NCBI GenBank assembly: GCA_024137785.1
Contig: JAHRHZ010000085.1
Coordinates: 13,723,272-13,787,271, forward strand
DNA: 64,000 nucleotides
From: Ginglymostoma cirratum
Taxonomy: Eukaryota
Direction: 5' to 3'
The notes beneath the pieces are model-generated. The model was not told the DNA's origin, ran no database searches, and was given only the letters and a program-made list of their open reading frames with translations. The translations under genes and the position numbers were made by a program. Positions 1 to 13,740 of this stretch are shown piece by piece. Each line of letters begins with the position of its first letter. Position 1 is the stretch's first letter.

Positions 1-3000
1 ATCTCTACTGAATCTGCACTCACCACCCTTTCAGGCTCTGAATTCCAGTTCACAATTTCTCATCAAGGAAGAGAGAAAATCTCATCTCCCTTCTGGATGC
101 ATTGCATCATGTATTATGGAGTGGAAATTGCAGTTTTTTATATAATGGGCACACATTATGCGTCTGCATCTGTAGAGGTTTTACTGGCCAACCTGTATAC
201 ATGAACATATAAGAAAAAACAGACAAGGTAAAAGCAGCTGGGCATCAAACCGTACTATACCTGCTCCATCATCCTTCATCCTTCCCTACATCCCCTGGAT
301 ACATAAACTAGGGGCAATATGGGAGTGTTTGAAACCAATTTTAAAAGACTTGTCTTTCACCCCCACCCCCACCCCCAGCTGCCTTGGAAATAACTGGCCT
401 GTGCTGTGGAGTGGAGCTGAAGAGGGTGTAGTGGCAAAAGGAAGGCAGGTTGGTCACACGGCTCTGCAACATTGGTCTCCGGCAGCTTTGTTCGAAGATT
501 TGAGAGAGTTCTGCTCATTATTTGGCTCTATTTATGCCGCACCTCCTGGATTCAAGTGAGTTCTGAGCATCTAGTGAACTTAGACCTGATGTATTTCCCT
601 GATGGAAGATCATTGCATTCAGCAAATAAAGCTATGTGCCCCAAGCCTATTTGAACAACACAAATTGTACTATCAAGACAACCCAGCAGGTTGAACAGGG
701 ATGAGACCCAATTATTCGCACCCTGATGCACAGGTCACCAAAGGGCAGTCTGGTTGATACAGCTGCTCGACAACTTTAGCCTGTACTAGGATTGACGCAC
801 TGAATTCTCTTTGGTCTCGAACCTTTTTCCCTTTAATGTCTACCAGGCAGCAGCTTCTAGCCTGGGTCTGCAGGCATTGGCTGATGTGAAACAGGGTGCA
901 CTAGGTGAGCAGCAGCTGAGGGTACAACCCAGTACCATATTTTTGATAATAAACATGCATCTTGCAGGGTCACAGAAAGAGCTTGTTAAAATACTATCTG
1001 CTTCAGAGCATGCAGGAGTTTCACATGGAGTTCACTGGACACCACGCTCACAGGGTAATGCTGGCCCCTGCTCCAGAAATGTCTACGGAAGCAAATCCTA
1101 TTTACAAGCCTTCATTGCCAAGACAGTGTGAGCACTCCTTGCAATATAAAACACACAGTTACACTCTACCCAGACAGCTCCTAGGGACCGAAAGCATATT
1201 CCGTCTTTCCTCAAGTTTCACAATTGTATGCAACATTTAGCAGGAGAAATCCGAGGGCAATTTTCCAGTGATCGTTTGGGTAATGGAAGGGAAGAGTGTT
1301 TGAGAGTTTGGTCAGTAGAAACATTTGAACCGCTTGGCTGATGAATGGGACTGATCATTGGGGAGCAGTTTGCCTGGTGTTAAAATAGCCCCAGTGCCAG
1401 TTCAGCCAAACAGACATGCTCAATGATTTTAATTGTGGGTGTACTTTCAGAGGTTAGGTGTGAAATGCAGGATAGCTTTGTCAGGGCCGAAATTTCTGGT
1501 CCAGGGGTAGTCCAAAATTCAGGAGAGTTCACACTTTTAAAAAAATATTCTAAAAGGTTGTGCATTCCTGAAGAAGGTAGAATCGTAGAAAATGACTGCA
1601 AAAAAACCCAAAGATCTTACGAATGGAAGATGAAGGTTCACAGAGCTCAGAGCTTGTAGTCTAAATTGTTTTGTTGGTTGATGTATCTCTGGGACAGTGT
1701 CCACACGAATCCAAAGCTAAACCTGTTAAATCCAAAGAGATGAGCCTCCATCAGTATTTACTTTGTTCAGTTGTTTGACTTGTAGGCTGCTCAGTGACCT
1801 CAATCTCCACCTATCCCTAATCTGTTGGTGTTTACAATGTCGCCAGGCTGCACCTGGTGCCCGCTTGTTTGAGCATAAAGAGAAGCAGCTGTTTTTCGGC
1901 TTCAGCTTACTGATAAAACCTGTAATTTTCCTCTGTTGTTTACTGGAGAGGGGAAAGGCACATCCCTATGTACTCACTACACATTATCCAGGTGTCACAC
2001 AGAGCCTTGCTCAGGGAAATGAAGAAATGCCAGGATTTCAAGAAGCTGGGTGACTGGAAGCATGAAAGTATCAGGCAGGCGGTGGACTTGTGTTTTGGGG
2101 CGGCGGGGGGGATGGTGGTGGGGGAGAGGGGGAGGGGGTGGTGGTCCCAAACAATTAGTTCACTGCGGGAAAGACCTGGCTCCCTGTATATCTTGTTACC
2201 GTGTCACTGATTCAAATTGTACAGTACCTGAACAGGACCTTGTTGCCTGTACAATCATGAGGTGAGTGACCACCTCCACTCTTTCATCAAAGTGCTGGAG
2301 GCACTTATTTACCTTTCTGCAAAATAGTAACCAAGCTATCAATCTCCACAGGCACTAAGTGGTTGGGCTGAGTGATTTTCAGCTTCACATTGCCTGTAGA
2401 ATTGCCTGTAGAACCTGTTCTGAGGCACCAAGTGTTCAACACTCAGTCATTGGATCCAAGCCTCAGTCTATACAGGTGGAGACTCACTGTAATCATTGTG
2501 CGTGCATATACATACCGGGTTATGTACTAATACTTTCTGATTAATGCCTGTTTAAAATTTTAAAATAAAAGGGGAAATCATCTTTATTTCAAATGTGCAA
2601 CCCTTTTGTAGCAATGGCCCTACTTTGGTTTGCTGGAATAGGACAGTGTGAGGCTCCACTGGGCGCATAGCTGAAAGAAACCCTTTCACAAAGAGACACA
2701 GGGGACGTCGCTGTGGTCAGGCAGTGGCAAATGGCAGATCCGTGACCTTGTCACAAAAATGGTCAAGAGAACAGAGGGAAGGGAGAAGATTCCCGAGGAT
2801 TCCCTTCAACATTTTGTACTCACCCAAGACAGGAACAGAAGTAGATGCTTAACATCTGGAAATCAGCAGGTGTGCAAACTAAAATGGGCAGGATCTTTGC
2901 ATTTAAGCATCTTCCATAGGGATGTGAGCTGGCATCATTAACTTGCAATTTTCACGATACAGGGCTCATGGCTGAAGTGGCACAAACGGATTAAGGAACC

Positions 3001-3654
3001 ATGTTTCAACAGACACGATTGCCATATTGCAGGCTTTTGAGCCTTTTGTGGTAGGTTTTCACTGAAGCAGAGGAAGTTGATACGTTAATTTAGATTTTTC
3101 ATGTTAATGTTTAGCATGTAAATTATAATCAGGTGTGTTTGCAGGCAAGGAAGGGTTGTATCAATAAGGTGTTATAGCTATGTATGAATATCAAGAGCAA
3201 CACAAGCCAGGGCTTTATTTTTGACTTGGTAACATTTTGCTTACACTTTTCTTATTTGTTCTTAAGACGTGGTCAGTGCTGATAAGGCCTCATTTTACAG
3301 CCCAGCCTCAAGGTGGTAATGGACTCCCCTAAAGTTCTCGGTCCTGTGGTCCAGTGATGACTGAGCTCATTCACATCACAGTTTTCAAAAGGAGTGGTGC
3401 AGTTTTAAAGGTGCCTTTCGAAATTTTAAACAGTCAACACACCCCAGCCACAAATAGTCACCTGCAACCCTAGCAATGTGTGGACACAGCACTGATTGCC
3501 ATGTTATTTCAAGAGTTCTGGATGATCTTTTCACGCAACACAATTATTTTCCACCTCTCACTTGTGCCTATATTAGCTTGGGACTGGCTTTGCAATCTCC
3601 CTGGAATCTGAAAGGTCTGTTCAGGTCCAATACTGGTACAGTAGTAAAGACAGC

Positions 3655-3850
3655 TAAACTGTCAGAGGTGCCACTTTTCAGATGCTAAACCCAAGCTCCA
3701 TCGATCTGTTTAGATGGAACGACATTATCTTCAGATACTGTTTTGAAGAGCAGGGGAGCACTGGAAATATCCTGGCCAAGATTCACCCTACCACCAATAC
3801 CAGAAAAAAAATGCAGGTGAACTGTTCATGTATTTCCTTGCTGTTTTAGA
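3655..3850 (+). mobile_element. Deu-domain SINE (SacSINE1/AmnSINE-like)
   Basis: gaggtgccacttttcagatg...ttgaagagcaggggag...tcctggccaagattcaccct matches the Deu-domain consensus as I recall it. Confidence 0.65.
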
Positions 3851-6800
3851 CAAATATAGGAAGTCTGTTGAGCCTGCTCCCTGATTCAACAGGATCATGA
3901 CTGATCTTGAGCTTCAACTCCACTTTCCTGTCCACTCCTCACATCCTTGATAAAAAGACAGACCCCTGGTGTGTTCAAAGTGATCTCGGGTTTGTGTGCA
4001 TATGGAATGATTATTCTTTAATATATTTTCTGTGAACTGCATTGGATCATCCTGAGGATAGGAAAGGTCTGAAGGTGGGCAGCAGCGCAGGCAATAGTGA
4101 CATCTGTGTAAAGATCGAAAACAAATGACCAGCATTTTAAGACACGTCATAGTGATGGCCCGAAGTATTAATACAGCATCATGTGGATAACTTGGTACCA
4201 AGGGCTCTCTCTTGTGATGTGCTTTATTGCTGTTTTGCTAGATATGTTGGCACAGGGACAACATTCTGTCTTAGGTAAATATATAGAGAGAAAAACAAGC
4301 AGGGTTGTGTTTGCTCCCCACGATCATACCCAACACAGTGCCTTATAAAGAGCTGCCCATTTTCAACTGGAGCCAGAGGGAGTCATTATGACACAACAGT
4401 GATTTCACCAAGTGCAACACTTCCAACACAGCTGAGGCTCAGGGCCTCTGTGATACCATTTCCTGTATTTCTAACTCAGTATTTCATGGTAATAGATTTA
4501 TAATGGCAGCTTGAATCACTTACCTTCATTTTCATAAAGTATCTCAGAGTTTCATTATCACAGTGATACCAAACACTTCCATAGGTCACAGGAGGGAATC
4601 TTGCGATTACATGATAATAGTGAAAATTAATGAGACCGCTACTCTACACTTTTATTAGAAATTTCTTTTAAACGATGTACATCTCTCCTTAGCTGGCAAA
4701 ACACGTGCATTTTAACTGCTCTCAATTTAATTAATGCATTATGTCCTCAAAAATTTTAACTTAATTGGGATACTAACAATATTTGCCAAGTTTTACCGAA
4801 TTTTAAGGAGTTAGATTCATCATTCTCACCATGGACTTTAATAACAATGCCGGCTGAATACTGGGTTAAAGGCGAATGAGATAGATTTTCGATGTTGAAG
4901 TGAATTGGTAGCCCGACAGACCATGACAGCAATCTCATCCTGGTATCACTTCTGGGGTTTAAATAATTGTACCTGACTGCCTTAGGTTTCACTTGAATGT
5001 CTCATGGACTTACAAGAGGTATCTGTTTGCACAAAAGAAGTGGAAAGTGCGAGACTATTGTGCCCGCTCAATATCTTGGTAAAAAGACCTGCCACAACAG
5101 CGGTTTCTGCGCAGTGATAGAGTGCTGGTACAGACAGCAGACTGAATTTTGAGGTGTAACATTTCAAAGCCTGATAACTTTATTCAATTTTTAACTTGCA
5201 TCTGCATCAGATCGACTAAGGATGGGCTGCTTGCCAGTGGCTTGTAGCCTGAGAACTATAAAAAAGATAATAGAGTTTTTAAATCCAAACTGGTAACCAT
5301 GACAGCCTAATACTACTGCCTCCATCATAAAAATTAGATCATAAAAATTAATCGTCACACAGTTAACAACCTAAGCCATTACCATATATCCGGGTAGTTA
5401 GCAATTGAGTGTCCTGTTTGGGCAAAAGCATTAAATATTAGCAAGTTAATTTCCCAACAGCCTCCTATTCTGTTTCCGATGGCCCTATGTTGCCCATGAA
5501 CATTACACAGTGTTTTGTCTTGGCATTTTCATCTATAAACTTTTCACTTTATAAAATTATAATGGTGTGAATTAACCCACTGCGATGATCGACATACTAT
5601 GCTCATTTACTGTGAAAGTTAACATCGAGAGTTAATGCATAACATCTACTATCTAAGACACAGAGAAAGGTATTTGGAGAACAGTGAAATATAATGTGTT
5701 GAAATTTGAGTTCAGTCCAAAATGGATCCTGAGAGAAGACTCACCCAGTGAGGAAAGATTGAAAAGTTAGATCAGCCACAAAAAGCAGACCAATGCTCCT
5801 AACTTCAAGTGGCAAAGCTTATAGGTCTGAAAATGGTGCAAACACCCAAAAGGAATGAAAATCAACAAACTAGGGCAAAGAAAAACTGTATGAAGGAAAG
5901 GTGATTGTAACCGGGGCTAGAGAGAGTATGCGTCTAAGTGAGCAATGCTCTGAAAGGATGCAGGTGGAGAACAGCAGCCTCAGAAGCCAATGTCACGTAT
6001 CAACAGACAGAGCTGAGAAACAAACCTCACTGCACCCATAAACTAAACTGATCGATGCACTGAAAACGGTGCAGTCAATGGTTAGAGAATTCCAAGGCTA
6101 AACTGAGTGACAGCACGTAGGGAAAAAAAATCTTGTAGTAATCAAGGCTTTTCACAACCTTGGTTTTTCATAAAATATTACATAGCTACTGCTGTAATGC
6201 AAAGGAACACTGGAGCCAAATTTTCTCACATTGAAGTATGCACGGGTCCTCAGTAGATTTAGCTTTTTGCACCATTTTCCAATTTCGGACTTTTTTTTTG
6301 GAAGGTAGCACATTTTTAGGTTCTCCTTTATCCTTTACTGGCTTTATGAATGACTATCATAATTTATGACCACTAGTTTGAAACCTGAGACAAGACCAAA
6401 CATCTCTACATCTACCCTGTCAAAACACTTTATAATTTTAAAGAACACTCTCTTATCGAGCCAAGAGTCTCAGCCTCATCAGTTTTTCCTGATAGATACA
6501 CCTTGGCTCCTCTAATAACAGAGGGAATATGAGTTCCTTTGAATCCCTTTCCCTACTTCCATTTTCATGTCTTTGTAGAAATAGTGCAGTTCTGTTCAGG
6601 ATATTAGCTGATATCAAAGCGTTTATATGAAATTTAAATGATCCCCAAGTATTCTCTAAGCTATCAGTCTGTGTTTCGAAGACTCTCACTGCATCAGGAC
6701 TGAATCATTCCACTGCACCACACAACAGACAAAACTCCAAAAAACAATAAGTGCTTCCACCTCTCTGGGTACAACAGCATTTTAAGTTCACAGCCTAAGC

Positions 6801-7229
6801 ATCTAATCTACTTTTGTGCTGGAGACAAATCATGGAGGCTGTGAATTCAACGCAGGGCCACCAGAAATGGATCTGTCGTTATCAACTTCAATTGATTTTC
6901 AACAGCTAGGAGACTGCTTTGGCTGGTATCACTCATCATCATGGGATGTTATCAACACGCCAAATTATGTATTAACGGTGAAGGGATCAGACACGATGAC
7001 TGTGGCCAGGTATGTTAGTCAATCCAGATACAATGCAGTTGGGCAAAATAACCCACACACAAACATGAGGTTTTCAAAGAACCCATCATCCATTTTGCTA
7101 GAGGAATCATGACATTTTATTTTAAATTGACCAAGATTACAAAGCACATGGGTTCCTAAAGGCACCTAGTACAAAAATCCACCAGGCTTATTTCTCATTG
7201 TTTAGGTGAGACACTATGTGGGTTTCATA

Positions 7230-8490
7230 AGGAAAGACTTGAATTTAAATGGTCCTTTTATCACCTCAGACAGATCCAAAGTATTTTACAGCCAATAAAG
7301 TTCTTTTGAGGCATTGTAATTGTTGAAGGAGAAGATGCATGGCAGCCAATTTATACACAGTAATACAACAATGACTAGATGGCTTCTTTTTAAGAGTATT
7401 GTTGATTGCTAGATAAATATTGGCAGGGGATTAGGGATGGTTCTAGAAACATAGAAAATAGTAGCAGTAGTGGACCATTTGGTCCTTAGAGTATGCTCTG
7501 CCATTCATTGTGACCATGGCTGATCATCCAAGTTGTTCCTGCTTTTCCCCTATATCCTTTGTTCCCTTAACTCCAAAATGCTATATCCAAGTCCTTCTTG
7601 AAATCATTCAAAGGATTACCACTGTCTGGTGAAAAAAAATTCTCATCTCAGTCCTAAATGGTTTACTCCTTGTCCTTAAACTGTGACCCCTGGTTCGGGA
7701 TACCCCCTCTATTGGAAACTTCCTTCCTGCATTTGTCTGTCTAGTCCTGTTAGAATTTTATAGGTTTCTATGAGATTTCCCCCAACCCTTATTCTTCTGA
7801 ACTCCAGTGAATACAATCCTTACCAATTCAACCCTTCCTCAGATTCCAGTACAGCCAAGTCAGGAATCAGTCTGGTAAACCTTTATTGCACTCCCTTTAC
7901 AGCCAGAACATCACCCCCTCAGATAAGGAGACCAAAACTGCACATAATATTCCAGATGTGGTCTCATCAAGGCCGTGCATAATTGCAGCAAGACATCCCT
8001 GTTCCTATATCAAATCCCCTCAATCTAAGGCCAATGTACAATTTTCCTTCTCTCCACCTGCTGCACTTGCATGATTACCTTCAGCAACTGGTGTACGAGG
8101 ACACCCAGGTCATGATGCACACTGTCCTTTCTCAATTTAAAGCCATTCAGATAATAATCTGCCTTCCTGTTTTGCTCCCTAAGTGAATAACCTCATATCT
8201 ATCCACATTATACTGTGTCTGCCATGCAGTTGCCCACTCATTCAGCTTTTGCAAATCGCATAGAAGCAACTCTGCACCCTCCTCACAGCTCACCCTTCCA
8301 CCCAGCTTTTCTTCACACTAATGATATAGAACCATTTCTGTCCACCTGAGGAGACAGGAGGATTCTTGGTTTAACATCTCACCTGAACAGAACACCTCCA
8401 TCAGTGCAGCATTCCTTCAGTACTGCTGGTCAGCCTAGTGCTGAGGTCTCTGGAATGGAACCTGTACCCACAACCTTCTGTTACCAAGTG
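7230..8490 (-). mobile_element. Deu-domain SINE split by the CR1 at 7444-8309
   Basis: 3' half at 7230-7443 (gaaagacttgaattta...tttacagccaat...ataaatattggc) and 5' half at 8310-8490 (gtccacctgag...gtttaacatctcac...cccacaaccttctg). Confidence 0.7.
7444..8309 (-). mobile_element. CR1-clade LINE, 5'-truncated 3' fragment
   Basis: Short-repeat tail (tagaaacatagaaa) and decayed ORF2 C-terminal sequence homologous to 23618-24540. Confidence 0.85.
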
Positions 8491-10736
8491 AGTCATGGCT
8501 GTGAAGTGAGAGAAGGTGGAGTTTCTGACGCAGAGACAAACATTTGGGTCTCTTAACAATCCTGACTCTTGATTAGCAAATGTTTCCTTTAAATAAAGTA
8601 GATTTTTCAATGAGTATATGTGCTCAAACCTGTGAAACGCTTGAGTATTAGTGACTGTCCCCATATCTAGAAACCCCGGGACCCACATTCACCAAGCTTT
8701 TACAGATACTGAGATCTGATGTAACTGGTGCACAAAAAATACAAATGAGCCTTTTTCATTTTGAAAGAGATCAGTGACCTTCATGGATTACAAATCCACT
8801 CATTATTAGAATTAAAATGATTTACGTTAGTAACTGCTTGTTCTTTAGCACAAAATTTAAGCTGATTATCCCAAAATAGCAAACAATTTTAAGTAATTAT
8901 TGGGTTGATCATACTCCCAAAATGAGTGTGTCACATCACACAATACTTCATACATATCTTATTTGAGTGCAATAAAGATTAGAAGCATCACTCCCTTCAA
9001 AGTCAGCAAATCATGCAGTTACTCTTTCCGATTTTACCTTTTGAAAGTGTTGGAAAGGATTGGAATTACTTCCATTGACTGTCTCCATCTCTACATTTTG
9101 CAGTGCTACAGATTTCACTTCATGACTTTGGAGAATTAAAACAATGTAGTAATACATCGCCCTGGTCCATAGTAGCACAGGCCTACAACTTGAAACTATT
9201 TACAAATGTACACCAGGTGGGTCCAAATTGGCAGGTAAGGCGCTAAATTTGGTTGCGGTAGAAATAAGGCCGGCAACACACTTTGAAGGGCTCAATGCTC
9301 CTGAGGAGAGTTATTCAATTCCATTGAAAAGAAGAAAAGTTGACACTAAGGGAGCGCTGGTTTCACTAAGAACACTTGATCTGATTTGACAGGCATTAGA
9401 CACGTGTGACTAAGAATTCCGTAAAGTGCCGCTGTGTGTCCTGGAGGTCAAAATGATCGATGGCTAAAGTAGACATTTCACAGAGACAGGGCCAATCTCA
9501 CTATGTCTGAATTACAGCTAAAGGAGAACCTCACTGACACTGCAATTTAATTCTTTAAAGTTACTTGAAATTTTTAAGTTAATGCTTTTTATTGTACAGA
9601 AACAAATGCACTTCAGTGAATCATTTCCTTTCTTTGACCCATTGATGATCACAAGAGTAAAGCCATCATGGGCCAACTGTATGGGATGTTCTAATGATTA
9701 TTTCTCTGCTCCCTCACAATTGCAACATTCGATTATTCAAACAATTCCTACCTCCTTCTTCTGCATTTAGAATGTCACTCTCACTGCCATTTGCCCATGT
9801 CTAAAGGATTTCCTGACATAGTCCTAAAATTATCTTCACCCATGCCCCTGGTTTCCTCCTGCAATTCATTTCCTGGATTTACTTTCTCGATTCCATTCTC
9901 TATCATGTATACTTGTAAAAAGACCACCTCTCAAATATCATCTTTAGAATTTGAAAACTCCAGATTTTTCCAGTAGATTTTTTAAAAAATTGCACTAGTT
10001 CAATAAAGTTGGACAATCCACACCACTGGATTCTCACGAGGGACATTAAAGGTGAAAAATCTCTTTCACCTTCCCCTTTGGTTGGTTCGACACAATTCAT
10101 GAAATGGGAGAAGTGTTGTTCATTTCTCTTTGCCCTGTGCAGTTATGTTGTGTGAATCTGAATTGAAATTCACTCGTCATTGCTCGGCCCTCTTCTGTAT
10201 CTTGTTTAACTCAATTTGGACATGGAGTTGGTTCCTCAGATTTCACTGCACCTGATAGTTTGGCAACTGCTGCAAAAGTGACTCTTTCATCCTGAATTTC
10301 TTGAACAAAACCAGTAGCTAATTAGAAATAAACTCATCACAATTTTTATATGATAATAATCAACCCTTCTTCTTGGCACACCTAGCCTTGGGCTAGATAC
10401 AATACTTAGCAATAGCTATACTTTTAATTCAGTCTGCAGAATCATGTTGCAATCACCTTAAATCTAATATGACTTCTGGCTCAGTTACACCAGCTGACAA
10501 AAGCTATGAAGTTATCTATAACTAGAAATTTAATAAAATTCCATCTGATACAAAGTTCTCTGTAAACGACGTCGAGATGAGAGTATTCACAAGGGAGCAC
10601 CCGGGGAGGCAGGTCCTGAAAGCAGCCCAGCTGGAACAGGGATCAAACCCCTGCTGTTGATGCCAATCTCATTTACATTCCAGCAACACTCCATCCCCCA
10701 AAGAATGGGTTACTGTTGCAACATGCAATTGTACAT

Positions 10737-11291
10737 GAGATAACAAAGTGTAGAGCTGGATGAACACAGCAGGCCANNNNNNNNNNNNNNNNNNNNNNNN
10801 NNNNNNNNNNNNNNNNNNNNNNNNNNNNNNNNNNNNNNNNNNNNNNNNNNNNNNNNNNNNNNNNNNNNNNNNNNNNNNNNNNNNNNNNNNNNNNNNNNNN
10901 NNNNNNNNNNNNNNNNNNNNNNNNNNNNNNNNNNNNNNNNNNNNNNNNNNNNNNNNNNNNNNNNNNNNNNNNNNNNNNNNNNNNNNNNNNNNNNNNNNNN
11001 NNNNNNNNNNNNNNNNNNNNNNNNNNNNNNNNNNNNNNNNNNNNNNNNNNNNNNNNNNNNNNNNNNNNNNNNNNNNNNNNNNNNNNNNNNNNNNNNNNNN
11101 NNNNNNNNNNNNNNNNNNNNNNNNNNNNNNNNNNNNNNNNNNNNNNNNNNNNNNNNNNNNNNNNNNNNNNNNNNNNTCTCCCGAAACATCAGCTTTCCTG
11201 CTCCTCTGATGCTGCTTGGCCTGCTGTGTTCAACTAGCTCTACACCTTGTTATCTCAGATCCTCCAGCATCAGCAGTTCCTATTATCTCTG
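10737..11291 (+). mobile_element. Penelope-like fold-back element, family A (centre lost in gap)
   Basis: Left arm gagataacaaagtgtagagctggatgaacacagcaggcca is the inverse of right-arm ...ggcctgctgtgttcaactagctctacaccttgttatctc. Direct repeat atgcaattgtacat at 10723-10736 and 11292-11305. Same family as 63015-63226. Confidence 0.8.
10777..11176. other. Assembly gap (400 N)
   Basis: Run of N located between the two arms of a fold-back element. Confidence 0.99.
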
Positions 11292-11401
11292 ATGCAATTG
11301 TACATGGATTTTGTTGTCTTCAGCTATGAATAGTAATGGCAGAAGCTCCAATTTCTTTCCATCACAGGTACTCTCTCTAGCTTCTACCATTTTGATACTC
11401 A

Positions 11402-11542
11402 GTAAAACCCAAAAGAATTGTGAATGCTGGAAATCAGATTCAAACACAGAAATTGCTGAAAAAGCTCAGTGGATCCAGCAGCATCTGTATAGAGAAATCA
11501 GAGTTAACATTTCGGGTCCAGTGACCCTTCTTCGGAATACTC
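11402..11542 (-). mobile_element. Penelope-like terminal-repeat arm, family B, with degenerate hammerhead motif
   Basis: Minus strand reads CCGAAGA-A-GGGTCACTGGACCC-GAAA-TGTT-AACTC, followed by an arm homologous to 23503-23617. Confidence 0.7.
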
Positions 11543-13740
11543 GACCTATTTGGCCCCAATATGCATGCCCTTTCCTGAGCCATCAAATCCTGAAGCAGAG
11601 CTCCTGGCTCACAGACAGGGACACTACCCACTGCATCACAAAGACTCCTTTCCCTAAGAATATTACAAGCAAAATGGAGCATCACATTTTTTTGATCCTT
11701 TAATTTGACACTTCATAAACAATGAGATGCATTTCAGTTGAGTGACAGGGATCCTGAGCTGTGCACTGGCTGGAAGAGCCACCCATAAGTAATCTGATAA
11801 ATGAGCACTACAGTCAAGATTAATACAAACTCCACTCCTGAGATTATGTCCTATCACATGCAGAAACAAATGGATGTGGTCTACAACTGAATCATAATAT
11901 TTTCAATTTGATTCGTCAGTTCTTTGCTGATCTATAAACAGATCTAAGGGTTGACCACTCGACTGGAGTATGTGGGAGAGATTGGTGCTGCCCTGTGCTC
12001 CTGCAGTAAACAGATGAACTCATCATGGCACATGCTTCTGAACAATGTGCCCTCAGTACATCCAGTGGTTCCATTAACTGTTTCAATTACTGATACAGCA
12101 TGCTTGTTATTTAAAAAAGAACTGTAGCACTCTATTTGATTTCTTAGAATCAAAAAGTATGCTTTACATTGTTTTAACAATGATCGGTAAACCTATAAAA
12201 GTGGTTTTACTGATGCTGAGTTGTCATTAGTTCATCTGTGGCATCTTCTGAACCAGCAAATGAGAATGGTTCAGATAACTTGGAGATGCAAGGCAAGGAT
12301 GCAAATTCATGAACGCAAATAGGGTCACTGGGAGCAAATTCCTACCAAAGAACTGGCTTCAAGGTTAGCAAATTACTTCAGCATTAGCAACAGGATCACA
12401 AATGATGTCAGAATGAATGTGCATGTGTTTGTACGTGCCAAGGGATTTCTTGCGTATTTCTGGTATATGGCATATTGTTATTGTCTCAGTCTTTAAAAAA
12501 AATACACTCATCTCCTACATCCACTAGGGACTGGGAATGTCAGAATATGAAAATGCCTGCCTGTGTGTGACACAGTTTGCTGGATTTATGTCACTAATTT
12601 TCTGTCACTGATGAGATTCTAAATTAACCTAGCTCCTTGTAGACAGTGACTGATCAACACTGCAGCATTCCAGGGAGGCAATGAGTGAGGAACAGCAGCT
12701 TCCCTGGAATGTTATCGAGCAAATCACCTCAAACCGCTCTGGTAGCCTGCCTGAAGGATAATTACTCAACAGCATTGGCCGGTGCTTGCCATCAGGTTGT
12801 TTGCCAATTTTTTGGTCAGTTACGTGGTATTAATTAATACAAGGCATGTGTAGGAAGTATAGAGAGTGTCACCAAAGCTTGTATTAATCATTGCTGCCTT
12901 AAGCCATTGAATTTTACAATATGGAAACAGGCCCTTTGTCTCAACCTGTTTTTGCTGATCATCAGGCACCTATCTACCCTTGTCCCACAGTCTAGCACTT
13001 GGCTCATAGCTTTGCATGCTACAGTATTCCAAGTGTTTATCTAATTCTTCAATCTAATGATGGTTCTCGACTCTACCACCTTTTAAGGCAGTGAGTTCCA
13101 GCAGTGGAAAAATTCTTCCTGAAATCGCCTCTAAACTTCTTTCACCTTACCTAAATCTATGCACCTTTATTAAGTCTATTCCTATCTACCCTACCTATGC
13201 CTTTCATAATTTTGTAATCAGGTCCCCGTCAACCTTCTCCGTTCCAAGGAAAACTCCCCCAGCCCATCTAGTCTCTTTTTCAGAGTTGAATTGTTCAAGC
13301 TCAGGCATCATCCAGGTGAATTACCGCTGCACCCTCTCATGCAGTCACATCCTTCCTATAGTGTGGCCACCAGAACTGCACACAGTATGCCGGCTGAGGC
13401 CTATCTAATGTTACATTTAGCTCCATCATAACTTCCCTGCTCTTGTTTTCAGTGCCTTGACTAATAAAGTATCCAGTATGCCTTCTTAACCACCTTAATC
13501 ACCTATCCCTTTACCTTCAAGCATCTATGGACAGGCACACCAAGTTCCATCTATTCCTCTGTACATCCACAGGCCTTAACATCCATCGTGTACTCCCTTG
13601 CCTAGTTTGTCTTTCCAAAATGCAACACCTCGCCCTTTGCAGGATTAAATTCCAGTTGCCTCTATTCTACCCATCTGACCGTCTTGTCCAAATCGTCCTG
13701 TAGTCTAGGCATCTCCTTCCTTGCTTTTTGGTTTGATCTT

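Noticed and set aside
10710-11209. Two ORFs of 149-159 aa
   Set aside because: Artefacts of translating through the N gap.
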